From Candidatus Poriferihabitaceae bacterium (GTDB lineage: Bacteria; Pseudomonadota; Gammaproteobacteria; Arenicellales; Poriferihabitantaceae), in NCBI GenBank assembly GCA_965237485.1, contig CBDEFQ010000003.1:6554-70553 (forward strand): a stretch of 64,000 nucleotides of DNA, given 5' to 3'. The notes under the pieces are model-generated. The model ran no database searches. It was given only the letters and a program-made list of their open reading frames with translations, and was not told the origin of the DNA. Below are positions 8,930-19,406 of this stretch, piece after piece; the first letter of the stretch is position 1; the number at the start of each line of letters is the position of its first letter. Made by a program: the position numbers and the translations under genes.

Positions 8930-10848
8930 TATGCTATCTGTGTTAAGAACCGTTGAGTTTGTTGCAAAGAATCAGTTTGTCGCATCGGCGGCAGGCTGCT
9001 TAGAAATTGCTTTCCATAGCCCTTAGAAAGCAATCGAGTATCACACAGCATCAGTACGCCCTTATCCTCTTCGTCGCGAATAAGTCGGCCTGCTCCTTGT
9101 TTTAGACTAATGATGGCTTCAGGAATTTGCAGCCCAGTAAACGGGTTCTCACCGCGCTCTTGCATTTGACGCATTTTTGCCCGCATCACGGGGTCATTTG
9201 GTGGAGTAAATGGTAATTTATCTATGATCACGCAGGATAACGCTTCACCTTTTACATCCACACCTTCCCAAAATGAGGCCGTACCCAATAACACCACGTT
9301 AGTTCCTGCTTTAAATCTGTCGATCAACTCACTGCGAGGCGCGCGACCCTGTACGAGTAGAGTCCACCTACTTTGCGCATCCATTCGGTCAGCAATTTGA
9401 TACAGCATCGCATAAGAAGTAAACAATAAAAATGCGCGGCCTTTGCTCGCTTCTAACACGGGCTCGATTACCTTCATCATCGCGTCAGGAAATGAGCGCT
9501 CATTGGGCTCGGGTAAGCCAGCAGGTAAATACATCAATGCATTGTTAGCGTAATCAAATGGGCTATGCAGCTGCAAGGTCTGCACTTCACCACAACCCAG
9601 CTTATTAAGATAATGTCCAAAATCATTTCCTGCGGCCAAGGTTGCCGAAGTTAAAATGGCGCTGGTTTCGGGCTTATTTAAAATATGCTGCATCTGCTTG
9701 CCGATATTCAGCGGCGTGCCCGTTAAGCGCGTATTACTGCGCGAGGTCTCAAACCAGCAAACCAACTCTCCAGTGCGATGCGCACTTTCTATCCATTGCA
9801 TTAAAAAACCCTGCAATTGCATGGCGCGGCCATGGCAACGCTGTAAACCTTCTCCAGCCACTGCCCCTTGCGATAAGGCCAACTCCAAATCGGCCAGTAC
9901 ATCCAATAAAGCATTAATGGCCACTAACCGTTTAGGGTCTTGGATCGCCTCCTGACTTTCACCACGAGCACTCCCAGACATCGCCAAATCGAATTGAGAT
10001 ATGCAAGCGTTCATTGCATCCACACATTCATTTAGCTCTATGCCGCTTTGTTCCTTAGCTTCAGCCACTTTAATATCTCGACCCAAATCTTTAAGTTGCA
10101 AGCTTGAAAGGCTAAAACCAAAAAATCGTGAGGCAATGTCAGGCAATTGGTGTGCTTCGTCAAAAATTACCACATCATATGGTGGCAATAACTCTCCAAA
10201 CCCCTCTTCCTTTAAGCTGGCATCGGAGAAAAATAAGTGATGATTCACGACCACCATTTGCGACTTAAGTGCGCGTTGTCGCGCTTTGTTGACATAGCAC
10301 GCTTTAAAATCAGGGCATTCTCTGCCCAAGCAATTATCAGTAGTTGAAGTCACCGCGCGCCAAACCGGGTCTCGCTCATCTAATTCTGATACTTCTGATA
10401 TTTCGCCGCGACGTGTCTGTCGACTCCAGTTAGACAGAATCTCTCTCTTTGACTGCAGGTCTTTGCTATACCGCAAAGCAGGGTCTTGGCCTAATTGATT
10501 AAGCCTAAATTGACATAAATAGTTGGCGCGCCCTTTTAATAGCGCCACATCAACCGAAACCCCCAGCACTTTTAACACTGACGGCAAATCTCGAAAATAG
10601 AGCTGGTCTTGAAGATGGCGTGTGCCCGTTGAAATCACTACGCGTTTACCGGACAGTAACGCCGGCACCAAATAAGCATAAGTTTTACCCGTCCCTGTTC
10701 CAGATTCAGTTACCAACACCCCGCCCAATTCGATTGCTTGCTCCACCTCAGTAGCCATGCGCAACTGACCTTCACGCACCTTAAATTGATCGATAGCTTG
10801 GCTAAATACGCCTCCTTCTCCTAAGGCCTGCGCACTTTGCGAAAACAC
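8929..10848 (-). CDS. yoaA: DinG-family ATP-dependent DNA helicase YoaA
   Basis: 639 aa with Walker A SGTGTGKT, DEAH box (VIFDEAHQL) and Fe-S cluster cysteines (CLGRECPDFKACY). Confidence 0.85.
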   Translation of the reverse strand: MFSQSAQALGEGGVFSQAIDQFKVREGQLRMATEVEQAIELGGVLVTESGTGTGKTYAYLVPALLSGKRVVISTGTRHLQDQLYFRDLPSVLKVLGVSVDVALLKGRANYLCQFRLNQLGQDPALRYSKDLQSKREILSNWSRQTRRGEISEVSELDERDPVWRAVTSTTDNCLGRECPDFKACYVNKARQRALKSQMVVVNHHLFFSDASLKEEGFGELLPPYDVVIFDEAHQLPDIASRFFGFSLSSLQLKDLGRDIKVAEAKEQSGIELNECVDAMNACISQFDLAMSGSARGESQEAIQDPKRLVAINALLDVLADLELALSQGAVAGEGLQRCHGRAMQLQGFLMQWIESAHRTGELVCWFETSRSNTRLTGTPLNIGKQMQHILNKPETSAILTSATLAAGNDFGHYLNKLGCGEVQTLQLHSPFDYANNALMYLPAGLPEPNERSFPDAMMKVIEPVLEASKGRAFLLFTSYAMLYQIADRMDAQSRWTLLVQGRAPRSELIDRFKAGTNVVLLGTASFWEGVDVKGEALSCVIIDKLPFTPPNDPVMRAKMRQMQERGENPFTGLQIPEAIISLKQGAGRLIRDEEDKGVLMLCDTRLLSKGYGKQFLSSLPPMRQTDSLQQTQRFLTQIA

Positions 10849-10851
10849 GGT

Positions 10852-11703
10852 TTAACTGAGTGTTTGTTTTAAAGCCGCTTCCCATTCGGGCAAAGCAATA
10901 TTAAAGGTATCTTTCAATTTCTGGTTCGATAATACCGAAAACTGGGGCCGTTTCGCTGCTGTGGGATAGGCGGAAGTAGCAACTGGCTTTAAGGCAATCT
11001 TATCATTCCCGACGAGCTCAAATATTTTCTGCGCAAATCCGTACCAACTAGTATTTCCGCTGCCTGTAGCGTGGTAAACCCCTGCATACCTTGAAACTTG
11101 ACTCGGCGGAGTTTGCTCAATTATTTTAGCAGTTGCTGCCGCCAAATCAGAAGCCAGCGTGGGTGAACCAAACTGATCATCTACTACATTCAAAGATTCC
11201 CTTTCTGATCCTAAACGCAGCATGGTATTGACAAAATTTGCACCCTGTTGCGCGTACACCCAGGCTGTTCGTAAAATAATTGCGTTGGGTTGAGCACTTA
11301 AAACCGCCCGCTCGCCCGCCAGTTTAGTGTGCCCATATACGCTTTGTGGTTTGGTTATATCAGATTCTAAGTAGGGGGTTTGCCCGCTACCATCAAATAC
11401 ATAGTCGGTGGAATAATGAATCATAGGGCAAGCAATCTCGTAGCAGGCTTTGGCCATAGCCAGCGGTGCTAAATGATTAATTGCATTGGCTGCTATTTCG
11501 TTGTCTTGCGCCAAATCAACTGCAGTATACGCCGAAGCGTTAATTAGCCAATCTGGAGAATGAGTGTGGATTACCTCACTGATAGCCTGCAAATCGGTCA
11601 GATCGAGGTCTTCTTTATCTAGCGCAATGATCTCTTCATTGCTCAGTAACTTAACTAACGCACTACCGACTTGACCATTCTTGCCGAAAATTAAGATTTT
11701 CAT
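10852..11703 (-). CDS. rfbD: dTDP-4-dehydrorhamnose reductase
   Basis: 283 aa, MKILIFGKNGQVG...STDYVFDG...YGHTKLAGE. It lies next to rfbC. Confidence 0.9.
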   Translation of the reverse strand: MKILIFGKNGQVGSALVKLLSNEEIIALDKEDLDLTDLQAISEVIHTHSPDWLINASAYTAVDLAQDNEIAANAINHLAPLAMAKACYEIACPMIHYSTDYVFDGSGQTPYLESDITKPQSVYGHTKLAGERAVLSAQPNAIILRTAWVYAQQGANFVNTMLRLGSERESLNVVDDQFGSPTLASDLAAATAKIIEQTPPSQVSRYAGVYHATGSGNTSWYGFAQKIFELVGNDKIALKPVATSAYPTAAKRPQFSVLSNQKLKDTFNIALPEWEAALKQTLS

Positions 11704-11706
11704 CGT

Positions 11707-12249
11707 TTATGAGGTGATCACGATATCCCGCAATTGCGGTGCAGCGGCGTCCTTTTCAGAGATAATCGGGTCGTCAACTGGCCATTGAACGCCGATATCT
11801 GGATCATTCCAAGAAATGCCCGCATCATCTTCTGCCTTGTATGCTGTGGTGCATTTGTAGGCAATTTCAGCCACGTCACTCAGCGTAGCAAAGCCGTGAG
11901 CAAAGCCGGGGGGCACGTACAACTGTATACGATTTTCATCACTCAGCTCGATCCCAAACCACTGCCCACGGGTAGTCGAGTCTGGGCGAATATCTACCGC
12001 CACATCATATATTACACCGCGTAGAGCGCGCACCAGCTTTCCTTGCCATTGCGGATATTGGTAATGCAGGCCCCGTATAACTCCTTTGGTTGACCGAGAG
12101 TGATTGTCCTGCACAAAATCACCGGGCAAACCGACCGACTCAAAGCGATATTTATTATAGGTTTCCATAAAAAACCCGCGTTCATCTTCAAATATGCGAT
12201 TTTTTACAATCACAACACCTGCAAGCGGTGTTTTGGTAATTTCGATCAA
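11707..12249 (-). CDS. rfbC: dTDP-4-dehydrorhamnose 3,5-epimerase
   Basis: 180 aa with the RmlC cupin motifs RGLHYQ and GFAHGF. Confidence 0.92.
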   Translation of the reverse strand: MIEITKTPLAGVVIVKNRIFEDERGFFMETYNKYRFESVGLPGDFVQDNHSRSTKGVIRGLHYQYPQWQGKLVRALRGVIYDVAVDIRPDSTTRGQWFGIELSDENRIQLYVPPGFAHGFATLSDVAEIAYKCTTAYKAEDDAGISWNDPDIGVQWPVDDPIISEKDAAAPQLRDIVITS

Positions 12250-12262
12250 TTGGAATTGCGAG

Positions 12263-12523
12263 TGTAGTGTATTAAATAGATCGTATGTATCAGCGAGACA
12301 AGAAACCGCCAGATACTAGGCGCGTTTCGCTGTGAATGGCCAGTCCTTTGCAAGAAATGCAACGACGTAGATGGCGGTTTCTTGTCTCGCCCGCTGGGAG
12401 CCCTCCAAATGACCCAATACTGCATTACAGTCCTTGTTAAGGGAACACCATTCACTGCGGACTGTGCCTTGTCTTGGATCATTTTGGGGGCTCTGATATA
12501 TACGATCTATTTAATACACTACA
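12263..12523 (+). repeat. Unclassified TIR-bounded structured element A (261 bp)
   Basis: 33-bp terminal inverted repeat, 31/33 matching (TGTAGTGTATTAAATAGATCGTATGTATCAGCG). Internal perfect 18-bp stem at 12293-12310 / 12373-12390. A second long stem AGCCCTCCAAATGA / TCATTTTGGGGGCT. It shares two collinear sequence blocks with element B. Confidence 0.6.
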
Positions 12524-12525
12524 TT

Positions 12526-12797
12526 AGTACTCTTTCAAAGTAATATTGCCTAATTCAGCGTCAACGCGCTGTTTCACAGCAAGACGTATTACGCAATGAA
12601 TGGTCATTCCCTTCATAAGCGATACAACGCGGCTGCGGGACAGCGCGTTGTTGGTGCCCTTTGGGTGAGCCTGTCCGCGCCCCCCCTGGGCTGCGTTGCC
12701 GCTTTTGCAAAGGGAGCGACCATTTCCTGCAAGCGACGCCTTGCCAGGCACGCGGACAGACTCACTGAATTAAGCAATATCACTTTGAAAGAGTACT
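12526..12797 (-). repeat. Unclassified TIR-bounded structured element B (about 270 bp), homolog of A in opposite orientation
   Basis: 35-bp TIR, 32/35 matching (AGTACTCTTTCAAAGTAATATTGCCTAATTCAGCG). Internal stems CAACGCGCTGT/ACAGCGCGTTG and CTGTCCGCG/CGCGGACAG. If bounded at 12527-12796 it is flanked by TA on both sides. It overlaps the dnaJ stop codon. Confidence 0.6.
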
Positions 12798-13920
12798 AGG
12801 TAACAAAATCATCAAAGAACGATTTTATCTTATCTTTCCACCCACTGCTTTGCGGACTATGGCGTTTCCCGCCTTTATCTAAGCTTTTTTGTAGTTGATC
12901 GAGCAATTCTTTCTGCTCAGTGGTGAGATTAATTGGAGTCTCTGTGTTAACCCTAATATACAAATCCCCAACCTGTGAAGAACGCACATTTTTTACCCCT
13001 TTGCCGCGTAGCCTAAACACCTTTGCTGATTGGGTTCCAGCAGGCACCTTAATATTTGCGCGGCCCGTTAAAGTGGGCACTTCAAGTTCTCCGCCCGCCG
13101 CCATCACGGCAAAGCTAACCGGCATTACGCAATGCAAATTATCACCGTCACGCTCAAATATTTCATGTTCTAGCAAATGTACTTGAACGTATAAATCACC
13201 GGGCACTACACCGGCGCCACCCCCTTCGCCTTCGCCGCTCAAACGTACTTGATCACCTTCGTCCACACCGGCAGGGATTTTAACTTTGAGGGTCTTCTCG
13301 GTGCGAACGTGCCCTTGGCCGCTGCATTCATCACATGGGTCTTTTATCTGTTTTCCAGAACCCTGGCATTGTGGGCACGCCTGTTGAATGGAGGAAAAGC
13401 CCTGTTGCATCCGCACTTGGCCTTGTCCAGCACAGGTTTGGCAGGTGACAGGAGACGAACCTTTTTTAGCGCCGCTGCCATCGCAAGTGCCGCAAGCTGT
13501 ATTGCGCGGTACGCGAATTTTCTTCTCAATGCCCGCGACCGCCTCTTCCAAAGTGAGCTTAACGTGAATCCGTAGATCTGAACCTCGGGCCTGTCGACGA
13601 CCACCCTGACGTGCGCCGCCAAATATATCGCCGAACATATCGCCAAAAATATCGCCGAAACCAGTACCCGCATCACCCATTCCAGCTGACGGATTAACTC
13701 CGGCATGACCGAATTGGTCGTAAGCCGCTTTCTTGTCAGCATCGCTTAATACCACGTAGGCTTCTTGCACTTCCTTAAATTGTGCCTCTGTATCCGGTTT
13801 ATCTTGATTGCGGTCAGGATGGTATTTCATCGCCATCTTGCGATAGGCCTTTTTTATTTCGGGTCCTGTAGCCGTTTTACTGGCACCCAGTACTTCGTAG
13901 TAATCTCGCTTTGACATCAA
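12796..13920 (-). CDS. dnaJ: Molecular chaperone DnaJ
   Basis: 374 aa with a J domain (HPDRNQ), a G/F-rich region and four CxxCxGxG zinc-finger repeats. Confidence 0.97.
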   Translation of the reverse strand: MMSKRDYYEVLGASKTATGPEIKKAYRKMAMKYHPDRNQDKPDTEAQFKEVQEAYVVLSDADKKAAYDQFGHAGVNPSAGMGDAGTGFGDIFGDMFGDIFGGARQGGRRQARGSDLRIHVKLTLEEAVAGIEKKIRVPRNTACGTCDGSGAKKGSSPVTCQTCAGQGQVRMQQGFSSIQQACPQCQGSGKQIKDPCDECSGQGHVRTEKTLKVKIPAGVDEGDQVRLSGEGEGGGAGVVPGDLYVQVHLLEHEIFERDGDNLHCVMPVSFAVMAAGGELEVPTLTGRANIKVPAGTQSAKVFRLRGKGVKNVRSSQVGDLYIRVNTETPINLTTEQKELLDQLQKSLDKGGKRHSPQSSGWKDKIKSFFDDFVT

Positions 13921-13961
13921 TATTTACTGCTTAAGCTGTGCTATCTCTAACCTTTTTTATC

Positions 13962-13994
13962 AATAAAAAGGGTGAGCCGTAACCCACCCTTTTG
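13962..13994 (-). terminator. Rho-independent terminator/attenuator between dnaK and dnaJ
   Basis: The minus strand reads AAAAGGGTGGGTTACGGCTCACCCTTTTTATT, a GC-containing hairpin followed by a T-run. Confidence 0.55.
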
Positions 13995-14066
13995 TAGTTT
14001 AACCTGCGCCGTAAAGGGCTTATATAAGGACACCATTGAACTTAGGTACTAACATTTTTTTCTGGC

Positions 14067-15983
14067 TTAACTAGGCTTCTGATCGTCGTCCATTTCTTCA
14101 AATTCAGCATCGACGATATCATCGTCTGCGTTAGCATCACCTGCTTCGCTTGCGCCCTCTTCAGCTGCCGCTTCAGAATAGGCCTGTTCAGCTATTTTTT
14201 GACTTGCTTCAGCCAATACTTGGGTTTTAGCGTCAATATCTGCTTTGTCATCGGTCTTTACCGATTCTTCCAAATCAGCAATAGCGCTTTCCACCTTCAC
14301 CTTGGTATCATCATCTACCTTATCGGCTAAATCAGTTAGCGACTTTTTAGATTGATGAATTAAGCCTTCTGCTTGGTTCTTGGCATCAACTAATTCACGA
14401 ATCTCACGGTCGCTGTCTGCATTTTCTTCGGCTTCGCGTACCATTTTTTCTATCTCTTCGTCAGACAAACCACTACCGGCTTTGATCACAATTTTGTTCT
14501 CTTTGCCTGTAGCTTTGTCTTTCGCCGACACATGCAAGATTCCGTTGGCGTCAATATCAAATGTTACTTCAATTTGCGGTGTACCGCGTGGTGCTGGCGG
14601 TATGTCCGACAAATCAAATCGCCCTAATGACTTATTATCCGCCACCATCTGCCGCTCGCCTTGACAAACATGAACGGTTACCGCTGGTTGATTGTCATCC
14701 GCTGTTGAAAATACTTGGCTAGCCTTGGTTGGAATCGTCGTGTTCTTCTCAATAAGCTTGGTCATCACGTTGCCCAAAGTCTCGATACCTAGAGACAATG
14801 GCGTCACATCTAGAAGCAATACGTCTTTAACCTCACCAGACAATACGCCGCCTTGCACAGAAGCCCCCACCGCAACCGCTTCATCGGGGTTTACGTCGCG
14901 ACGCACTTCTTTACCGAAGAACTCAGTCACCGCCGCTTGTACTTTAGGCATACGTGTTTGACCACCGACCAAAATAACGTCATCAATTTCACTTGCGCTC
15001 ATGCCAGCATCTTTAAGCGCGATGCGGCAAGGTTCAATGGAACGCTTAATTAAATCTTCAACTAAGGCTTCTAACTTGGCGCGAGATAGCTTGATGTTTA
15101 GGTGCTTAGGGCCACTGGCATCGGCCGTAATATAGGGTAAATTAATTTCTGTTTGCGAGGCAGTAGACAATTCAATTTTCGCTTTTTCCACCGCTTCTTT
15201 TAAACGCTGCAAAGCCAATGGGTCATTTTTGAGATCAAAAGCTTGATCCTTTTTAAATTCATCAGCCACATAGTCGATTAAACGGTTATCAAAGTCTTCG
15301 CCACCGAGGAAAGTGTCACCGTTAGTAGAAAGCACTTCAAATTGTTGCTCGCCATCTAGATCAGCAATTTCGATGACTGACACGTCAAACGTACCGCCGC
15401 CTAAGTCATAAACCACAATTGTCTTGTCCCCAGTCACCTTATCCAAGCCAAAGGCTAAGGCTGCTGCTGTAGGTTCGTTGATGATGCGCTTTACTTTCAA
15501 CCCGGCAATTTTACCCGCATCTTTTGTAGCCTGGCGCTGCGAGTCGTTAAAGTAAGCCGGGACGGTGATGACCGCTTCGGTTACTTCTTCACCCAAATAG
15601 TCTTCGGCAGTGGACTTCATCTTCTGCAAAATCTTCGCCGAGATCTCTTGCGGAGACATTTGCTTACCATTGACTTCAATCCAAGCATCGCCATTTTTGG
15701 CCTTAACTATTTTATAAGGCATCAAATCAATATCGCGCTGCACCACTTCTTCATCAAACTTTCGGCCGATTAAACGCTTAACCGCAAAAATAGTCTTTTC
15801 TGGATTAGTGACTGCTTGGCGCTTGGCCGCATCGCCAACCAATACTTGGTCGTCTGCAAATGCAACCACCGAAGGCGTTGTTCTACGACCTTCAACGTTC
15901 TCAATGACCTTTGGTGTGTCCCCTTCCATTAAGGCAACACAAGAGTTAGTTGTGCCTAAATCGATTCCAATTACTTTAGCCAT
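14067..15983 (-). CDS. dnaK: Molecular chaperone DnaK (Hsp70)
   Basis: 638 aa, [17 protein letters not shown]...[10 protein letters not shown]..., with an acidic C-terminus. Confidence 0.98.
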   Translation of the reverse strand: MAKVIGIDLGTTNSCVALMEGDTPKVIENVEGRRTTPSVVAFADDQVLVGDAAKRQAVTNPEKTIFAVKRLIGRKFDEEVVQRDIDLMPYKIVKAKNGDAWIEVNGKQMSPQEISAKILQKMKSTAEDYLGEEVTEAVITVPAYFNDSQRQATKDAGKIAGLKVKRIINEPTAAALAFGLDKVTGDKTIVVYDLGGGTFDVSVIEIADLDGEQQFEVLSTNGDTFLGGEDFDNRLIDYVADEFKKDQAFDLKNDPLALQRLKEAVEKAKIELSTASQTEINLPYITADASGPKHLNIKLSRAKLEALVEDLIKRSIEPCRIALKDAGMSASEIDDVILVGGQTRMPKVQAAVTEFFGKEVRRDVNPDEAVAVGASVQGGVLSGEVKDVLLLDVTPLSLGIETLGNVMTKLIEKNTTIPTKASQVFSTADDNQPAVTVHVCQGERQMVADNKSLGRFDLSDIPPAPRGTPQIEVTFDIDANGILHVSAKDKATGKENKIVIKAGSGLSDEEIEKMVREAEENADSDREIRELVDAKNQAEGLIHQSKKSLTDLADKVDDDTKVKVESAIADLEESVKTDDKADIDAKTQVLAEASQKIAEQAYSEAAAEEGASEAGDANADDDIVDAEFEEMDDDQKPS

Positions 15984-16027
15984 GTTAAATAACCTCTTAA
16001 ATATTCTGTAGTGTTAATCTGTTTACA

Positions 16028-16055
16028 ATATGGGAGTGCTTTAAGTGTTTTAAAG
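16028..16055 (-). promoter_or_regulatory. Putative sigma32 (RpoH) heat-shock promoter of dnaK
   Basis: The minus strand reads CTTTAAA-N13-TCCCATAT, against the consensus CTTGAAA-N13-15-CCCCATnT. It lies about 45 nt upstream of the dnaK ATG. Confidence 0.5.
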
Positions 16056-16062
16056 CCCTTTT

Positions 16063-16704
16063 CTAACTCTTTTGTGGTCCGCTAGACACCACCACCATCG
16101 CGGGGCGCAATAAACGTGAATTCAAGCGATAACCAGTTTGAATAAGCGCAATTATTTTATTCGCCTCAACTTCCTCAGAAGGCTGCATGGTCATTGCTTG
16201 ATGCAATTCAGGATCGACCGATTCACCTACCTCGGGTTTTAATTCCTCAATATTAAATCGGTCAAAAATTGTACTTAGCTGGCGGGTGGTTAGCGCCAAG
16301 CCTTCGTTCATTTGCTTTACAATTTGCTCACCGCTGTCTGCCTGCAAATCAACTTGGGTTGCTTGGTCTAAACTGTCTTTAACTTGAAGTAGTTCCTTGG
16401 CAAAACTTTCAAGCGCAAACTTCCTGGCTTTTTCAACCTCTTTAGAAGAGATGCGTCGGGTGTTATCTGTTTCGGCCTTCGCGCGCACATATTGATCAGC
16501 TAGATTGGCATTACTGGCTTCTAACACCAATATGCGCTCTTGTAACTCATCCGGGTCTAATTCTTCCGCGGTTAATTCTTCAGCCTCTGCGCTATCATCA
16601 AATTCAGACGCTTCAGCATTTTCGGTAACATCTGCTTCATCCACTAAAGGTTCTTCTTGTTCTCCTACCTCTGACTGTGGTTTTTTATCACTTTTATTCA
16701 TCAC
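16063..16704 (-). CDS. grpE: Nucleotide exchange factor GrpE
   Basis: 213 aa with an acidic N-terminus, coiled coil and C-terminal beta domain (GYRLNSRLLRPAMV). Confidence 0.93.
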   Translation of the reverse strand: MMNKSDKKPQSEVGEQEEPLVDEADVTENAEASEFDDSAEAEELTAEELDPDELQERILVLEASNANLADQYVRAKAETDNTRRISSKEVEKARKFALESFAKELLQVKDSLDQATQVDLQADSGEQIVKQMNEGLALTTRQLSTIFDRFNIEELKPEVGESVDPELHQAMTMQPSEEVEANKIIALIQTGYRLNSRLLRPAMVVVSSGPQKS

Positions 16705-16754
16705 TCTTTTCTAGATTTTGCAAGCGCATTATTAGACAATAAACTGTGCGAAAA

Positions 16755-16783
16755 TAAGTGGGGGTGGCTCACTTGAATACAAG
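16755..16783 (-). promoter_or_regulatory. Putative sigma32 promoter of grpE
   Basis: The minus strand reads CTTGTAT-N13-CCCCACTTA, about 50 nt upstream of the grpE start. Confidence 0.4.
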
Positions 16784-16940
16784 TCAGAACTAATAGAATT
16801 TGAATAGTTTTGCACCGCAAATCGATCAGCAAAGGTGCATTCATGCCAACCTTTAGAAAAAAAACTTACAAAATCGTGCATATTTCAAGCAGTTTATCCT
16901 ACACAAACCTAACTTTTTACTACTATTATCAGTAAAAAAT

Positions 16941-18334
16941 GATACTGTAACTTCAGGTATGGACTTTTATATTAGATAGAGCAGTATTGCCTTTTCCCCC
17001 CTAAGGGGAATTTTTCCGAATTTTTGATTTATTCAAATTTTCTATCTTGGTGTCTTGTAAGTTGAACCATTTGTGCGTTCCCTGTTTTAAGCAATTAAAA
17101 TACTGGAGACACCCAAATGACCCAATCAAACAATAACGTATTTGACGTAATAGTGGAACACACATCTCAGAAGGCCCCGATGCCATGCGCCCCGTGCTCA
17201 CCGCACTGCTCAATGAGGCGATGAAGATTGAAAGAGAGCCGTTTCCAGGCGCATCACACTATGAGCATAGTCAAGACCGGCCAGGGTTTGCCCATGGCTA
17301 CCAGGATAAGCGTATCGATACGCAAGCCGGTACGCTCAATCTGCGTATCCCAAAGACCGCTCAACACGTTGATGAACCTTTTTACCCTCAATCGCCAGAA
17401 CGCGGCTTACGCAGCCAACGTGCGATGCTGCTGACCGTTGCTGAAATGTACGTGACGGGCGTTAGCACGCGCCGAGTCGAAAAAGTCATGCAGAGCATGG
17501 GTATTGAAAGCATCTCCTCTACACCGGTCTCACGGGCTAACCAGAGCATGGATGAGGCGTTAAAAGTCTGGCGTGATCGTCCTTTGGGTAAAGTCTCTTA
17601 CCTAATCCTTGATGCGCGTTATGAAAAGGTGCGTGAGGGCCACCAAGTGATTGATATGGCGGTGTTGAGTGCGGTGGGTGTATTGCCTTGTGGACGGCGT
17701 TGCGTATTAGGAACGGCAATGGCACTTAATGAAGCCGAGGTTAACTGGCGAGCGTTCCTCAAAGGCTTGGTTGACCGGGGCATACATGGTATTGAGTTTA
17801 TTGTCAGTGATGATCACAGTGGCTTAAAAGCCGCTAGAAAGGCAGTGTTCCCAGGTATACCTTGGCAGCGTTGCCAGTTTCATCTGGCGCAGAATGCAAT
17901 GCATCATGCCCCCAATCACAAGATCAAGCAGCGCATTGGTGGTGAGCTGCGTAGTGTTTGGAATGCACCCAATATGGCAGCTGCTCAGGTTAATCTAAAA
18001 GTCCTTGTGAGCCAGTACCAGGAAAAGCATGCTCACTGGGCGCAGTGGCTAGAAAACAATGTGCCTGAAGGGTTAAATGTGTTTGCCTTGCCAGATAGAC
18101 ACCAAAAGAAAATGCGAACCTCCAACCGCATTGAACGGACGGTTCAACAAGAACTTAAGCGGCGAACCCGCTTGGTCAGAGTCTTTCCTAACCGAGAGGC
18201 TTGGTTACGATTAGTCAGTGCCATTCTGATTGAAATTGACGACGAATGGGCTAATGCTAATCATCGATATATCGTGTGGAACGACAATGAGTCAACTTGC
18301 TAGACAAAAAGTCCATACCAAATGTTGCGTAATC
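16941..18334 (+). mobile_element. Second IS256-family element (IS256-b), 1394 bp
   Basis: 8-bp direct repeat TAAAAAAT at 16933-16940 and 18335-18342. Imperfect IRs share GGTATGGACTTTT. A 93-bp right-end relic of the same element lies at 45802-45894. Confidence 0.8.
17185..18303 (+). CDS. IS256-family transposase (N-terminus probably frameshifted)
   Basis: 372 aa (MYVTGVSTRRVEKV, ILDARYEKVRE, WQRCQFHLAQN). A likely true start, MTQSNNNVFD at 17117, is in another frame, which suggests a frameshift near 17170-17185. Confidence 0.75.
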   Translation: MRPVLTALLNEAMKIEREPFPGASHYEHSQDRPGFAHGYQDKRIDTQAGTLNLRIPKTAQHVDEPFYPQSPERGLRSQRAMLLTVAEMYVTGVSTRRVEKVMQSMGIESISSTPVSRANQSMDEALKVWRDRPLGKVSYLILDARYEKVREGHQVIDMAVLSAVGVLPCGRRCVLGTAMALNEAEVNWRAFLKGLVDRGIHGIEFIVSDDHSGLKAARKAVFPGIPWQRCQFHLAQNAMHHAPNHKIKQRIGGELRSVWNAPNMAAAQVNLKVLVSQYQEKHAHWAQWLENNVPEGLNVFALPDRHQKKMRTSNRIERTVQQELKRRTRLVRVFPNREAWLRLVSAILIEIDDEWANANHRYIVWNDNESTC

Positions 18335-18380
18335 TAAAAAATACGCTAGAATTACACTATCAATTCAAATATTTAGTGCC

Positions 18381-19025
18381 ATGACTTACCAAAATCGATT
18401 AAATACTAAAATTCTGACGCTTTTAACTGCACTTTATCTTGTAGCGGGTTGCAGTAGTGGAAGTGCTGGCGGTGGAGCGGGTGCGGCCAATACCGGGATT
18501 ACTGACGACGGTGTCATTTTTTCTGCCACAGTCAACCCCGACGGAATTAGTGTAGATACAGTTTTAGGTATTTGTACACCCGGTTCCGTTTCAGGCACCG
18601 GTGTCGTTACCTTGCCAGTAATTGAACCTGGCCTTTTTACCAAAATTGGCACACTGACGATTTCAGCGCAAAGTACGACCGCCTTAGTAGATCCCTCCTT
18701 GTTTCCTTCAGGTGTAACGTTTAATGGTTATACCGTTTCTTACGCCAAGCAGTCGGGTTCTCAAGCACCTACGTTGTCGCCTCGACAACACGCACAATCA
18801 ATTACTTTGATATCTGGCACCAGCAGTGTAACAGCGCAGGTGACATTGTTTGATTTGGGCACTGCATTGCGAGAATTTAGAACTCAAAACCCCACCGGGA
18901 ACGTCTATAGTTATAGGGTATCCGTCACCGCAAATGGTCAAACCTTAGCTGGCAAGCCAATTATCTTGACTGCAACTACCTTCCTAGAAATTGGTAATTT
19001 TAATTTGTGTACAAGCACGGCCTAA
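18381..19025 (+). CDS. Hypothetical lipoprotein
   Basis: 214 aa with lipobox LVAGC followed by a Gly/Ser linker. Confidence 0.55.
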   Translation: MTYQNRLNTKILTLLTALYLVAGCSSGSAGGGAGAANTGITDDGVIFSATVNPDGISVDTVLGICTPGSVSGTGVVTLPVIEPGLFTKIGTLTISAQSTTALVDPSLFPSGVTFNGYTVSYAKQSGSQAPTLSPRQHAQSITLISGTSSVTAQVTLFDLGTALREFRTQNPTGNVYSYRVSVTANGQTLAGKPIILTATTFLEIGNFNLCTSTA

Positions 19026-19406
19026 TTAAATTAAAACTAATCACTTAATGCACTAGATAATAACTTAGAAGTCACGTCAACAACAGATACCACCTGTTCA
19101 TACGGCATGCGTGTCGGCCCAACCACGCCTAACACACCCACCCGCTGCCCTTCTTTTTCATAGGGCATCGCCACCACGGAACAAGCCTCTAGGGCTTCGT
19201 AGCCCGACTCTTCGCCTATATAAATACTGACTCCTTCTCCGTCTAGGCTTTTGCTTACTAAGTCTAATAGTACCCGCTTGGTGTGAAATGTATCGAGCAC
19301 TCCTTTTAATTGGGAATTATATACATAAATCCGTGAGGCAGATTCTAGCACCTGAGTCTGAATTGTGGTATAATAATCCGTATAGAAATTAACCGATAGA
19401 TTAAAC

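Noticed and set aside
12263-12797. Retron msr/msd interpretation of the two structured elements (flanking inverted repeats plus a long internal stem)
   Set aside because: No reverse transcriptase ORF lies adjacent on either side; the neighbours are rfbC and dnaJ. A retron call cannot be supported from this window, so it is kept as an unclassified element.
12524-12799. ORFs 12524-12751 (minus) and 12596-12799 (plus), both ending in ...NITLKEY
   Set aside because: The shared C-terminal peptide is a mirror artefact of the 35-bp inverted repeat of element B. The block conserved with element A contains an indel, so there is no conserved coding frame.
16000-16900. Search for a CIRCE operator (TTAGCACTC-N9-GAGTGCTAA) upstream of dnaK and grpE
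   Set aside because: Only a half-site-like GAGTGCTTTAA at about 16034-16044 and an unrelated TGCACC-N17-GGTGCA palindrome near 16815-16843 were seen. There is no bipartite CIRCE.
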